Shown: positions 12,767 to 27,699 of the stretch, piece after piece
Position numbering within the stretch: the first letter of the stretch is position 1
Layout of the letters: every line of letters starts with the position of its first letter
Assembly (NCBI GenBank): GCA_951406725.2
Contig: OX597818.1
Span: 123,566,001-123,630,000, forward strand
Direction of reading: 5' to 3'
Length of the DNA: 64,000 bases
Origin: Octopus vulgaris
Taxonomy: Eukaryota
Made by a program: the position numbers and the translations under genes
Notes under the pieces: generated by a model
The model's database searches: none
Told to the model about the DNA's origin: nothing
What the model saw: the letters and a program-made list of their open reading frames with translations, nothing else

Positions 12767-15618
12767 TATTATATATATATAAATATATATATATATAAAT
12801 ATATATAAATATATATGTATAAATATATATATAAGAGAGAGATATATATAGAGAGAGAGGGGAGAGAGAGACAGAGACAGGGAAGAATGATTATTTAAGT
12901 AAATAACTTATGGCTTTCGCAGATCAATCATAAGTAAACATATCGGCAGAATCGATTGATTTGTGTCTAGAACTGAAAAGGGACCCAAAGAAAGACGACA
13001 CTTCACCATTTATTTAAACTATGCTTATGATTGGCCCGTATCAAATTTCTGTTAGTAGCTGGATATTTACTTAGTTGTTTATGCCCTACAGGTCAACCTT
13101 AATGCTAGATTTAAATCAAACCATGACCATCCCGGTTACATCATCTCACGTGCAATTGCTTTCTTATTTAAATAGTAGAGTCTGATTAGATAAGAAAGCA
13201 ATGGTGTTTAAATGATAGAGTGTATGTAAAATTTGGTTCTATTTTAATCAAGAAGAGAAGCTTAGTTGGCGACCCCGGATTTTTTTTTTTGCTTCTATTA
13301 TTTTAAACTATGCAGTAAATGGATTTACAAAAAAACAAGATTTTAAAATCAGTTTAACTATGAAGCCACTTAATCTAGAGTAATATTTTTTTAAATCATT
13401 TAAATTAGCAGCAAAAATAAATTCGAACTTCACGTGATTGTTTAAAGGGAAGAAATATAAACTGTCACAAATACTGAATTGATTTTACTAAAGTTTGGTT
13501 CCAAGACATTTGATGGTATTTTCCAATTCACAGATTAACTAATTCTCCCTTTTCAATTTTAGATTAGGGTAATTTGAATGAATGGGTGGTTATATTCAAG
13601 AGAAACACGAAACCGCTAATCCAACTATTTTCTCTAGTTGAGTTGCTTAATTTATCATCCATTTCCATAAAGTTGTATATTTCTTGTTCGAAAAATCTAA
13701 AAAACATTGATAACATTCACTCCTTACTTAGTCAAGGAACTTCCCAACAATAATAAACCAGACTTCTAGACTCAGATTCAAGCCCTATACAAAATTGTTG
13801 AACTGTTGATGGTTCTGTCTTGGTCTTATTAAAACAATGCTTGAAATTTCAACAGGATTTTCTAATTTTAGTACTTTGGTACGAATTTTCCGGATAATCT
13901 GATGCAATAAACCGATCCTTTTATGCAATGAACAATTTAAAATACTTTTTTGCAAAATTTAGAGCTGCTAATTCTGATTTTAAGAAAAGGAATAGCGATC
14001 TTAGGTTATGATATTGTAGAGGTTACATCTCTTGATATGCTCATGAACAGTTCAAAAGAGATACTGAGCTTTATTCATGTGGTTTATTTCTTTATAGATA
14101 TATTCTTTAATAGAATGAAAACAAATTCTTCAGTAAAATTAAGGTTCTCGAATATGAATTGCAAATTTAGCTGAATCTGGATCATCTGTAGTTTCGTCGG
14201 TGACCAGTGAAAACTAACTGAATTTAGATAATTTTCTGCCGACTTAACTATCATATCGGCAACAATTTCTTTTACAAGAGAGCATCCTTCGTCGAATTTA
14301 TCAAAATTGCTTTTGGATTGTGTAACAACTTTTTTCGCTTACTCTATAACTAGGGTGCACAATATTTTTGAGATCTCTATGCCTTGTAGCAAAAGCTTAT
14401 TCATGTTTCTTAAGTGTTTCAATTTTAAATTTTCTAATACTTCGCTTAAAACTCATAACAGCCAAAAAGTTTGGCCGTGTAAGGCTGTTCAACGTGAATT
14501 TTCTTAAATGCTAAGAGGAACTCGGAAACTATTAAAAGCACTTGTCTGTTCTTTTTTTCACTTCAGCAATGAAGTAATCATACACCCACTTATACTGGAA
14601 TTTTCTTCTTCCTTCGGAAAGTTTTCTCTTTTTTTTTTTGATGAAGCTATTTAGAGAGTTTATTTATAATTAAAATGAAAAATTTACAGAACTTAACGAA
14701 CTTTGTAAGAATGCTCTCAATTAACCCAAAGGCTATCATTCTTAAATTACAAATTATTGAATATCAATGCAGCGTAAAAATTTGCTTGAATCGAAAAACT
14801 AAGTTACCTGAAATGGTTATATGCATATTTGTATTTTTCATTTGTTGATAATTCGGAGAATCAACTATCTCCATGTAAAAGAGGGTGTTAGTGAACGAAA
14901 GAAAGAAAATTATTCAAAATTAACAGAATTGGACCTAAAGATTGCGCTACAGAATTTTAATAAAATCTTTTAACACGTATCACACTAAATGTCATAAACG
15001 GGTTACATTTGGTCCAACTGTTACAGGTTGCCTAAGTCTGCTCTTACAAAAGCATTAGCCAAATCTTCTGCTCGTCTTGAAATCATCACTGACAGTGATG
15101 ATGAACTGTCACGTTGGTCTTTCTAGTCCAGGATACAGTGTCTGAAAATGAGTAGAAAGTTATGGCTTATAATTCAAAGGAACAGCTTTGTTATATGCTG
15201 TACAATGCTTATTTTACGTTATGTGTACACGTGTCTCTGGAATACCCTGCCGCTTACTCGTTAACTCAAGGAGCAGTTTATTCAGTCGTCCGAAACGCTG
15301 AATACTTATCGACGAAACCGATGGAGATCTATTCATCCGTATCACAAATTAAACACGTGAATCTAAACTGCGTTCGTTTTTCTGAGCTTTCCTTCTATTT
15401 TTTATTTTCTTTCTTCTCTTTCCAGTCTCTCCTGTACTACCTCCAGTGTCCGACAAAGGACTATGTTTGAAAAGTTATACTCTAACTCCATAAATATTTT
15501 CCTTCTTTGAGTTTCAACCGAATAATATTAACTATGAGACTCCTTTGAACTTTTGGTGTTTTTAATAATTTGTATTTGCTTTGCTACATACATACACACA
15601 TACATACAGACAGACATA

Positions 15619-16045
15619 TTGAGTCATCCCATAAATAATGCGGTATTTTTTTATATATTCCCTTTAATTTTCTACAATGCTCTTCCTTCTATCTGGTAGA
15701 CTTGCAAGGCTGCTCTTCCAAAATTCACTTGTCCGTAACGAAAAATACTCCTCCAGTACTGTTCTGACCTCGTCTACAGAATTCATATTTTTTTCCATCC
15801 AAATGATTTTGAAGACTGCAGAATAAATGATAATCAGATGGGGACAATGTTCGGTGAATATGGTAGATGGGGCATCGTTTCCCATTCAAACTGCTCCAGC
15901 CTTTGGAATGTCATCCTCGCTGTATGTGGCCGAGCATTGTCCTGATGGAAGAATACCTTTCGTCTTGAGACCAAAGATGATCGTTTTATTCTAGCACTGA
16001 CTTGAATGACTGGTTGAATGACCAAATCCAAGCTTCTCTGCTAGT
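15619..16045 (-). mobile_element. mariner transposase 3' relic with terminal repeat
   Basis: FFHQDNARPH...WETMPHLPYSP...; terminus TA|TTGAGTCATCCCATAAATAATGCGG. Confidence 0.82.
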
Positions 16046-16145
16046 TCCTCAACAGTTACGATGGGATTTTGTTCCACCAGGGTTAGCAGTACGTCCTCGT
16101 TGAGCTCTACAGAACGTCCAGAACGTTATATAAATATATATATAA

Positions 16146-16224
<79 letters not shown>

Positions 16225-16474
16225 TATATATTAGATTCAACTTACGTTGAATGTCAACCGACAAAGTTTGCTTTTGAAGCGTTGAGATGTATTGAAAGAT
16301 ATAGATAAGGAAATAATTTTAATATCAAACGCAGCATAATGCTATTAACATAGCATGAACAGAATAAACTATCCATCTCGGAAGTTCAAAAGTTCGAGGA
16401 ATATGGAATTACTCCTGTTCCGGAGTTGTGGTACTTGTCATAGAATCCAGTTAGGAGGCAAATAACCGAAGATT

Positions 16475-16897
<423 letters not shown>

Positions 16898-16921
16898 ATA
16901 TATATATATATATATATATAA

Positions 16922-17294
<373 letters not shown>

Positions 17295-17951
17295 ATATAG
17301 GGGGGGGGGGGTTACAAGAGAAGGAGAGAGTTTACTGAAGCTGGAAAAATTCAGAAACTGTTACTCTGAGTTTCACATTACCAATCATCAGAAAGTAGTG
17401 ACTTTTCGGGGCAATAAAATGATGCTTAATAGTTCGTAGATAATTAGTTGCCAGATTATCAAACAAAAAACTAATGCTCATTTCACGAGATTTGGTTATT
17501 TGATGTCTGTGTTTATGTGTATGGCTACAAGAATGGCTGCTGCGATTAGATAAAACCATAAATTTTTTGCTCAGTCCCACTGTACAGTAACTCATTGTGT
17601 AAATATGTATAGGCGCAGGTGAGGCTATTTTTGGTAGGAATTTTGCTTCCCAACCTGTGGTTCAGTTCTATTGCGTCACAAGTGTCTTCTAATATAGTCT
17701 GCGGGTGGTCAAAGCCTTGTGAGTGAATTTGTTTAAATAACGATCTTATCCTTATTTATATAAAGTTATATATTTATTTCGTCATTATATTCTCTGCGGT
17801 GATATATTTGACCATATCGCACGAGGAGCTTAGGCGGGCAATTTAAGCTGGTCGGGTGCATACGTGCATATATATGTATGTATACGATCGTATATGTAAG
17901 TATTCGTGTGTTGTATATATATTTTTATTTTTGTATTTATGTACTGTGTAT

Positions 17952-18009
17952 ATTCCACTGAAGAGGCAAAGCATTTTTTATGCAGAGTCAGAAATCCGAG
18001 ATCTAGAAT
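17952..18009 (+). ncRNA. Degenerate hammerhead motif
   Basis: attcca-CTGAAGA-ggc...gtc-a-GAAAT-ccgag-ATC-tagaat. Confidence 0.4.
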
Positions 18010-18148
18010 TAACCAGTAATATTTTTTACTAGTTTATTTTGTCTTTTTGTCTTCTCTCCTGGTGCTGTATGTCTTTTGATGTGGTTTTAGAGTCAAATTT
18101 TGGCTGCTATTTCAAGCGTGTTGGTAGCTCTTAGATACCCTAAGTTTT

Positions 18149-18182
<34 letters not shown>

Positions 18183-18885
18183 CATATATATATACATATA
18201 CATATATATACATACATTTTACACCTACATATACATACGTACACACAAATATGCATACGCAAACACACATACATATACACATTCATACACGTTTATATGC
18301 GTGTATATGGTCGCATGTATTACCGAGAGAAGATGGAAGAGCCTAAATGAAGTTTTAACTTGTCCTCACACACATTAACTCTCTCACTCTCTCTTTCTCT
18401 CTCTCTCTCCCTCCATCCCTCCTTCCTCTGCTCTTTCTCCATCTTTATTTATAACTCACTCTCCAAAAGCAATATGTTTATATATATATATATACTGAAC
18501 CGTCATATTTCAAACTAGAAATTATGCTGTATAACACTACAATCATTCGTTCACGCTTCCACTTTTTCCAGCCTTGTCATGTCTACATATATAACATGAA
18601 CATCCTAGCTGTATTAGTTATACTGATACTGTATCATTACAACGGTTCTTGGCCAGATATCTACATTTTCACACAGTCTATCAATTAGCAGTCATTTTCT
18701 TCAGCTTGCTATTCCAGATACAGCTGACTGAAATAAAGCATATGAATATTTTCTTCCTATTTATATCATTTCTTTGCCAAAACACCATTTATTCCGGTAA
18801 TTTTCTTGTTAGTAGAAGCAAAAGCAGCTGCCCAGTATCCTAGACAGTTTAACGTATATGTATGTTCATATATAGGTGTGCAAAC

Positions 18886-18932
<47 letters not shown>

Positions 18933-19000
18933 TACATACATACATGTATGTATGTATGTATGTATGTATGTATGTATGTATGTATGTATGTATGTGCATG

Positions 19001-19037
<37 letters not shown>

Positions 19038-19189
19038 ACATAAGCATTCATACAATTTTACGCTCACATACACACACATGCATACATACACACACATATA
19101 AATACATATATAGATATATATGTATATACATATGTATATAGATACACATATATACTTATACATATATATGCACACATATAGAAAAATAC

Positions 19190-19495
<306 letters not shown>

Positions 19496-19967
19496 ATATA
19501 CACATATATATACATTTACGTACATCAAGTTATTCCAACCCATAATAGCACGAGGATGATGATGATAATAAATCCAGACAATTTTTTTAAAAATAACTTT
19601 TATTAACCAACTTTTCATCTTGTATTGAAAGAACCAAACCGTTGTATAGATGTAAACAGTTTTTTCTTCTTTCTTTCTTCCTTCTTTCTTTCCTTCTCTT
19701 TTCCATTGACACACCTTTCAGATACACAGGCACACACACAAACACACACATACACACACACAAAAGAAAACTCTCTCTCTCTCTCACTGGACAATGATGA
19801 TGAGGATGATAATAAGTCCAATTTTTTACAAGCAATGTAAGATTCTCTTAAACTTAGTCATTCCCAGTCGGGAATTTATATAGAGTGTAGCAGATTCAAG
19901 GTTTGTATTTTACTCTCTATTTGTATCACATCGAAACTAACTATGACTTAATTTTTCCTCTCACACC

Positions 19968-20019
19968 GTCTCCGATGAAGGGATATTATTAATTAATATC
20001 CTAGAAACAGCTGTAAGAC
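19968..20019 (+). ncRNA. Minimal hammerhead motif (CCGATGA core variant)
   Basis: gtct-CCGATGA-a-gggatatt attaatt aatatcct-a-GAAAC-AGCT-GTA-agac. Confidence 0.62.
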
Positions 20020-20245
20020 CTGCTATCTATAAATGGTCTAACATCTATACAGCCTTGGTTTTTTTATCTCATTACGCAAAAAATTCTTATATACATACGT
20101 TGACATAGAACCAGCGTTGAACCCTTTATTCGCAATATTACCGAATCTGAAACGTAACTATGGTCAGTCTATAGCACTTATTCAGTATTACCTGACACCT
20201 TTGGGTCTGAATGACACCATTATCTCTTATAACCTCAACTTCACG

Positions 20246-20369
<124 letters not shown>

Positions 20370-20519
20370 GAGATTAAAGTGCCTAAAACCTTAACACCAA
20401 AGATATAGAGCATTGCCTTGAAATGTTCTTCTATGGGTTTCTTTCTCTTTCTCTCTCTATCTCTCCCTCCAGTTGTAATTTCAAGTTTGAAACATTTTTC
20501 TTTATATACTTTTTCACAG

Positions 20520-20977
20520 GAGACATTGAAGTTCTCATGGACTTAGACAAGTTCTTTTATACTGCGACATGTGCCGAAAACTGCGAACTTTTACATTTAG
20601 AATATGGAGCTTTTGACTCCTTCTTTAACAGACGTCATCGTGATAGCCGACAGCGCTTGTGTGACCGCACTAAGTTAAAGATTGAACAGCAATTGCGCCG
20701 TATGCCACCCGGCGCCGTTCCACTAATGACGAGTGTAAGACTGCGTCTCGAGAAAACCAAGTCACAACTTATGCAGGCCAAGAGAAGACTCAAAGGCAAA
20801 GATTTGGTACCTGTCAGGAAAATTGTCGATTTACCTCGGGGTCCAATCATTAATAATTATGGGCCGGGAGGACTTTTCTACATCATAGCTTTACAGAACA
20901 GACATGTTTGGGAGGCAGCAGCCGAAAGGGAAATGGCTCAAAGACACGAAGCATCTTACAAACAGGTATCACTTCAG
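20520..20977 (+). CDS. Internal exon of the same gene (GDIEVLMDLDKFFYTATCAENCELLHLE...PRGPIINNYGPGGLFY...)
   Basis: Acceptor ttttcacag|G and a non-repetitive open frame (part of ORF 20423..21061). The G-x-x-E...T..C....ELL.L pattern resembles the C-terminal half of a cNMP-binding beta-barrel. The donor is ambiguous: CAG|GTATCA (20965) or CAG|GTCAGG (20977), both phase 0. Confidence 0.78.
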
Positions 20978-21516
20978 GTCAGGTTTAACTTTCTAAGTAA
21001 TCGTTGTTTCAGATATGTATTTATATTTCAGACCGCGCGAATTTTCAAACCAATGATATGAATTGTGGATTTTGATTTTCATATATTCTCAGGAAATCGA
21101 CTAACAACACTTGAACCGTTGGTTCAATAGATATATATATTCTCAAATATATATACAGATTTATACAATGCAAACACAATAAGACAGCTTTCGGGAAGCT
21201 TGCTAAGGCTATAGCTAATCACTCCCTCAAGTTTACAATGCAAAACACACATGCACACATCCATCATAGATAGATAAGGAAATATCGCCCATGGTTAACG
21301 TATACGCAAATACCAAGAAATATATAGTATTATATGTATGAGAAACATTGCTATAAATTTTAAATCTATGTCTATCTAACGCTATTATAGGTCTGCAACC
21401 ACTTATATTGTTGTTGTTACTGCCAGCTATCCATATTACCGCGGATAATAATAACAATGATAATTACAATATAAATATTCACTCCTGAATATTTGCCCTC
21501 TCTCTCTCTCTCTTCC

Positions 21517-21577
<61 letters not shown>

Positions 21578-21683
21578 GTATGTGTGTGTGTGTATGTATG
21601 TATATAAATATCTATATATATAAATATATATATATATGTAAATATATATAATCAAAATATGCAACAAGGATATCCAGAGGTAA

Positions 21684-21770
21684 TGCAGTACGATTGTTTC
21701 ATGCAACTCTATTTAATTAAACAATGCAATCATTATATCAATTTAAAATTTAGAGTAATCCTCAGCTGCA
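21684..21770 (-). ncRNA. Minimal hammerhead motif, inverted partner of 21841-21927
   Basis: Reverse strand reads tgcag-CTGAGGA-...-GAAAC-AATC-GTA-ctgca. Confidence 0.65.
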
Positions 21771-21840
21771 TAAAGACATAGAATTTAATTTAATTAAATG
21801 TGTCCATCTGTTCTAATTTAATTAAATTCTAATGTTTTTG

Positions 21841-21927
21841 TGCAGCTGAAGATTGCTCTACATTTTAAATTGATATAATGATTGCATTGTTCAATTAAAT
21901 GGAGTTGCATGAAACGATCGTACTGCA
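21841..21927 (+). ncRNA. Minimal type-I hammerhead ribozyme motif
   Basis: tgcag-CTGAAGA-[long imperfect helix II]-GAAAC-GATC-GTA-ctgca: 5-bp helix I and a palindromic helix III loop. Confidence 0.72.
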
Positions 21928-22088
21928 TTACCTCTCGATATCCCTGTTGCTTATTTTGATTTTAATCACCTTACTTTCAAATTGTATGGATGATATCATA
22001 CCAAATTCTAGTGCCTCAACATAAGTACCATATTTATTTGAATGTAAGATAGATAGATAGGTAGATAGATAGATAGATAGATAGATAT

Positions 22089-22186
<98 letters not shown>

Positions 22187-22877
22187 ATATTAGGGAGTAT
22201 CACTCCAAACTTACAAGGAAAAGTTCAATTTAGTATAGTTTAGTATTAAATTAAATTTCACAATTTAAATATGTAATATATATAAATTAGAGAAAAACCA
22301 CTATTATGTAATCCAAACAACCACGGATTAAATTTAAATTTAATTGTAATTATAATTGAAGTTATAGCCACGAAACGTACGTAGTCTTTTTGTTTATTAT
22401 ATACTATTTATTTATCATTATGTACTTTTTGTGATCTATGTTTTATCATATATTTTATTTTTTCTATATGATATGGTTTATGGTTTCTATATGATGTGGT
22501 TTATATAACAGGGAAGGTCAGCCGTTTCGAACAGGGGAGGTCAGCCTATTGGAAGGTTATAATGGACACAGGTTCGTGTGTCACATAGCTAGCTAGAGGC
22601 GATGACCTCTTGGAGCTAATCAACGGAAGCATACATCCTATATTACTGGACTGCCATATTAGTTTGGTGATAACACTCAATATCCAATACCGCTGCCATA
22701 GTCTCCTTAAGAGAGATTTAGAAATGTTAATATTTCTATTTTTGAAAACCAGTAGATGTATTCCACTGAATTTAGATAAATAATCCTTCGAACAGACGGT
22801 TAGTAGCTGTTGGGTTCGGCTGCTATGCATTGATAAAGGGCAAATACCTTGAAACCAGTCTGCAGATGCCTGACCAG

Positions 22878-22925
<48 letters not shown>

Positions 22926-22993
22926 TATATACATATGTATACATATATATATATATATATATATATAAATATAGACAAAAATATACATATATA

Positions 22994-23035
<42 letters not shown>

Positions 23036-23059
23036 AATATATACATATATATACATATA

Positions 23060-23122
<63 letters not shown>

Positions 23123-23492
23123 GGAATTCACAAGAAGACAAACGACGAAGACAGGTGGTGTATAAGACAAACATACATACAGATATATATATATAAATAT
23201 ACACACATATATATATACATATATATACACAAACATATATATATACATATATATAATTCATATATATATACAAATATATATAATACATATATATACATAT
23301 ATATATATACATAAGTATATATACATATGCATATATATATACATATACATACATAGACATATATACATATATATACATATACATACATATACATATATAT
23401 ATATTTCTTTCCTGAGCATCCAATAATACTATATTTGTTCCACGTCCTCGCGTTGTTGTGTTTTTTGTGTTTTCTTGTTTGGATTAACTTTA

Positions 23493-23737
<245 letters not shown>

Positions 23738-24451
23738 TAAACTTACTTAGAAATGCATTCGTGGCGTTGAATCATAATAATTTAAATGATATAAATTATA
23801 TATACATACATATTCGTTACCTGGCAGGTAATAATGGATGTATCTTAATATATTGCATATAGGGTATTAAACACACATGCACATGCATAAAGATAAAGAG
23901 ATGGCTTGTGATGCTTTATCTTAAATTTTTGGGTTCATATTAAGATTATTTATCAAAAGTGAATTTAAAATTCATTTGATGAAAGAAAATATGAAATTCT
24001 ACAACATTTATCTTTTAATATTATACTTTCTAATAATTAAAATTTATTTACATGCTTTGTGGAATGTCCTCTATAAAGAACGTTCCCAGTTAAGATTGTG
24101 TTTTAACATTATGCTGAGTCTTTCTGACTGACTTGCAGGAGATTTTGTAGTCATTTATAGAAGGTCGAGTAACCTCATAAAAGTTTTCATAGTTGTAAAT
24201 ATTTGTAAGCATTTTCGTAACATGTGGTTCGCAAATAAAGTCAAAATGATTTTTCTTTTTATAATTATATTCTCCTTAATGTTAACATAAGTGTGGTATC
24301 TTAGCAAAAACTCTCTTGTACATATACAAAGTGGTAAATAGTAAATTTCAGTAACTTATTTTTAATCACGACAAGATGTTTTCGTGACTTCTTTGAATTT
24401 CGCAAAAGGTGTGTATCAACAAATCTTTAAACTAAAAATATTATGTATATA

Positions 24452-24937
24452 TGATTGATTGATTGATTCTAGTTTCAGCTCACGAGCTGTGGCCATGCTG
24501 GGGCACCGCCATTTGGTGTTGCTACATGGTTTTACTTCACGAATGCTTTTTAGCAATTGCCATTTGGTGCATGAGAGAGTTCGATGCAGCTGCCCTCATC
24601 TGCACCTCCTGCCGTGAAGTTGGTTCATCTGGGACACCTGACAGGAAGAGATCCAGTTTCATTTTAAAGACATCTGCATCCACCCCATGCAGGTCTCTTA
24701 GGTGTTTCGGGAAGATATTGAAGAGCTGTGGGCCTCGGAAGCCCAGGCTATCACAGTATCTTGTCCTACATCTTGATGGCAAATTTGGAGTCCTAGGCAC
24801 CACGCAGTGGCCCAGTTCTGGCATTTGTGTAACTCTCGATGCCAAAGTTTGGGACAAGTCCTTCCAGGATCTTCCAGATGTATATTATGGCATATCTTTC
24901 TCGCCTACGCTCCAAGGAATAGAGTTTTAATCTCTCT
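24452..24937 (-). mobile_element. 5'-truncated CR1-like LINE 3' end (related but distinct family)
   Basis: Translates to ...SLGFRGPQLFNIFPKHLRDL...FKMKLDLFLSGVPDEP...SNSL, homologous to the end of the 31.4-kb ORF2. Ends in a (TCAA)n tail. Confidence 0.85.
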
Positions 24938-25181
24938 ATATATAATTTAAATAATGAGGGTTATAAGTTTAATAGTAATTTAATTAACATCAATTTAATA
25001 CTTGTAGCCTAGCATATAGAAAAATAGGAAAATTCAGAGAAAATTTGTTACATGCGTATAATAAGGGAATTGAATAAATTCACTGAATTAAAAAAAGAAA
25101 TTCTCTACATAAATTACTTGAAAACCATCACAACATCAGGATAGTGTGACGAACGTGGAAAAGGACTCTTATTATAATATA

Positions 25182-25404
25182 TGAGGAGGTGGGGATAGTG
25201 AAAAGTGCCTGGCTTTAAGGGTTTCACGAAAGGCTTGGCTGGAGACCCAACCTTTCGAGTTCTTTTACAGGGCTTAGAAAAACTGAAGAGCCGCTGTAAT
25301 AAGCGTGTGAATTTGAGAAGGAAATATGTTGTATAAAATCATAATTAACTGATCCACTAGTGTTTGCTTTTACCCAGAGCCAGGAACTTTTCAGCAACCC
25401 CTCA
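25182..25404. mobile_element. mariner-derived MITE
   Basis: Imperfect TIRs TGAGG...TGAAAAGT.CCTGGCT with a TA TSD. A related partial copy in the opposite orientation lies at 46015-46180. Confidence 0.68.
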
Positions 25405-25822
25405 TAGATTCTGATCATTCTTTTGCATAGTTGTTTTATCACCTTAATGCTTTTTTCTTTACATGAATATTCTTCTGCATCTATTTTAACAGCTCGAGGA
25501 AATAGGCTTGTCACAGAGAAGGACATTGACTGCTTTAAGTACAGCATTTAAATTGAAAAGGGAAGACAGCACCTTAGGTTCTTGGTTCAAACCGAGTGAA
25601 ATGTTCGATACAATTAATGAAGTTATTTTTGATTGGTACGAAACTTTGGAAGAAGAATTACAAATACCGTTCGGGAAATGCAATTTAGTGTTGGAGGGGC
25701 CTGAGTAAGTATAATTGTTTTTTTTTTTAAATATATATTTCTTTTGTATAATACAAGTGCACAATCATAGCCGAGACGTTAAGAGGTTTGCTTTGCAGCC
25801 ATCTGTTTCGGGTTTAGTTATT

Positions 25823-26223
25823 TTCTTTTTTCTTCTTTTTTCTAGCACTCCGTCGGTTACGACGACGAGGGTTCCGGTTGATCCGAATCAACGGAACAGC
25901 CTGCTCGAGAAATTAACGTGTAAGCGGCTGAGCATTCCACAGACACGTGTACCCTTAACGTAGTTCTCGGGGATATTCAGCGTGACACAGAGAGTGACAA
26001 GGCCGGCCCTTTGAAATACAGGTACAACAGAAACAGGAAGTAAGAGTGAGAGAAAGTTGTGGTGAAAGAGTACAGCAGGGATCACCACCATCTCCTACCG
26101 GAGCCTCGTGGAGCTTTAGGTGTTTTCGCTCAATAAACACTCACAACGCCCGGTCTGGGAATCGAAACCGCGCTCCTATGACCGCGAGTCCGCTGCCCTA
26201 ATCACTGGGCCATTGCGCCTCCA
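25823..26223 (-). mobile_element. SINE family A
   Basis: TSD CGGGTTTAGTTATT at 25809-25822 and 26224-26237; A-rich tail. Confidence 0.9.
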
Positions 26224-26300
26224 CGGGTTTAGTTATTACATCATGAATGAAAGAGGTAGACGAAATATATATGTGCAGAATCCTCTTCTCCACACATATG

Positions 26301-26354
<54 letters not shown>

Positions 26355-26961
26355 ATGTATGTATGTACGGACGCATGCGTGTTTGTATGTATTAGATTAA
26401 TAGGGGTGTACTAAATACTGTATATAATCTTTCTTCAAATTTCTCCAACTGAAAGAGGGGAAAAATGTCTTGCAGAAATTGTGAGCAATTCTGCTCAAAT
26501 AGTGGGTTCTCTGAAGGATTTAAATTCAGCCCTAAATTAAATCTTGGAATTATTTTTCCTTCTCGAACAGAGTTGCTAGCAATTACCACTTGGTGCACTG
26601 TTAACAAAAACGGCACTGAATAAAACCATATTTTCTGTTAACAAAAACTACTCATTTGTTCAACGTTTCACACTTTTACACTACACAAGGCAACACCGAA
26701 AGAAGATAATAACCAATATAGAAATAATTTAGAGCAATAATAAAACCTACATCACATATGAAATACTTTCACTACGATCGGCCCCTTAAGTAGTCCCAAG
26801 GATGGATATCATCTCACTGATTTTAGCTGAGCTCGAATGATATACAACAGCCTGACCAACGACTCTGCTTATACACCGAGATTATGACAAAATATGGTTT
26901 AAAACAAAATCAATATCTTTTGTTTGAATACATTGATCCTAGTCTAGTCTGGTACGTATCT

Positions 26962-27018
<57 letters not shown>

Positions 27019-27023
<5 letters not shown>

Positions 27024-27153
27024 ATCCAAACATGAACAAAGAGAAAACACAACAACGCGAGGACTTGGAACAAGTATAGTGTTATTCGACGCTCAGGAAA
27101 GGAAAGAAAGAAGGAGGATTTAACGTTTCGAGCGGAGCTCTTCGTGAGAAACA
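27019..27153 (-). mobile_element. PLE-like terminal repeat fragment between (TA)n arrays
   Basis: Carries CTCACGA-agagc tcc gctc-GAAACGTTA (mutated hammerhead). A second copy of its 3' part is at 23405-23490 (+). Confidence 0.55.
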
Positions 27154-27344
27154 TATATATATATATATATATACAAATTGAGATAGGGGTTGTAAATGCA
27201 ACCCTCTATGGGATAACATATATCCAATATACTGCTAGTTAAGTACCTAACAAAGTTAATACATAAATGTTAATGATTGCGATGCAATCAATTCATTTAC
27301 TGTATTATATGGGCAAAGGTAAAATGATTTACCACAAATTACTA

Positions 27345-27647
27345 ATACAAGATAAGAAAATGGAGAAATACATCTAAATCAAATATCAATTACCAGATAA
27401 TACTCAATCACATACTTTATTAAACCACCACATAAGAGACTGTAGGGTTAAATATAAAAAGCAGAACAAATCAGTGTACATAAAGGAATGTACATTCCTT
27501 TATGTACACTCCTTTATGTACACTGATTTGTTCTGCTTTTTATATTTAACCCTACAGTCTCTTATGTGGTGGTTTAATAAAGTATGTGATTGAGTATTAT
27601 CTGGTAATTGATATTTGATTTAGATGTATTTCTCCATTTTCTTATCT

Positions 27648-27652
<5 letters not shown>
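27345..27652. repeat. Near-perfect fold-back palindrome (~143-bp identical arms)
   Basis: 27345-27487 is the reverse complement of 27510-27652. An inner perfect 38-bp palindrome at 27473-27510 is followed by a 14-nt direct duplication. Confidence 0.92.
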
Positions 27653-27693
<41 letters not shown>

Positions 27694-27699
27694 TAGATA

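Larger units (their letters stand above)
21651..21960. repeat. Inverted repeat, ~147-bp arms, ~16-nt spacer
   Basis: 21651-21797 is the imperfect reverse complement of 21814-21960. Confidence 0.9.
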
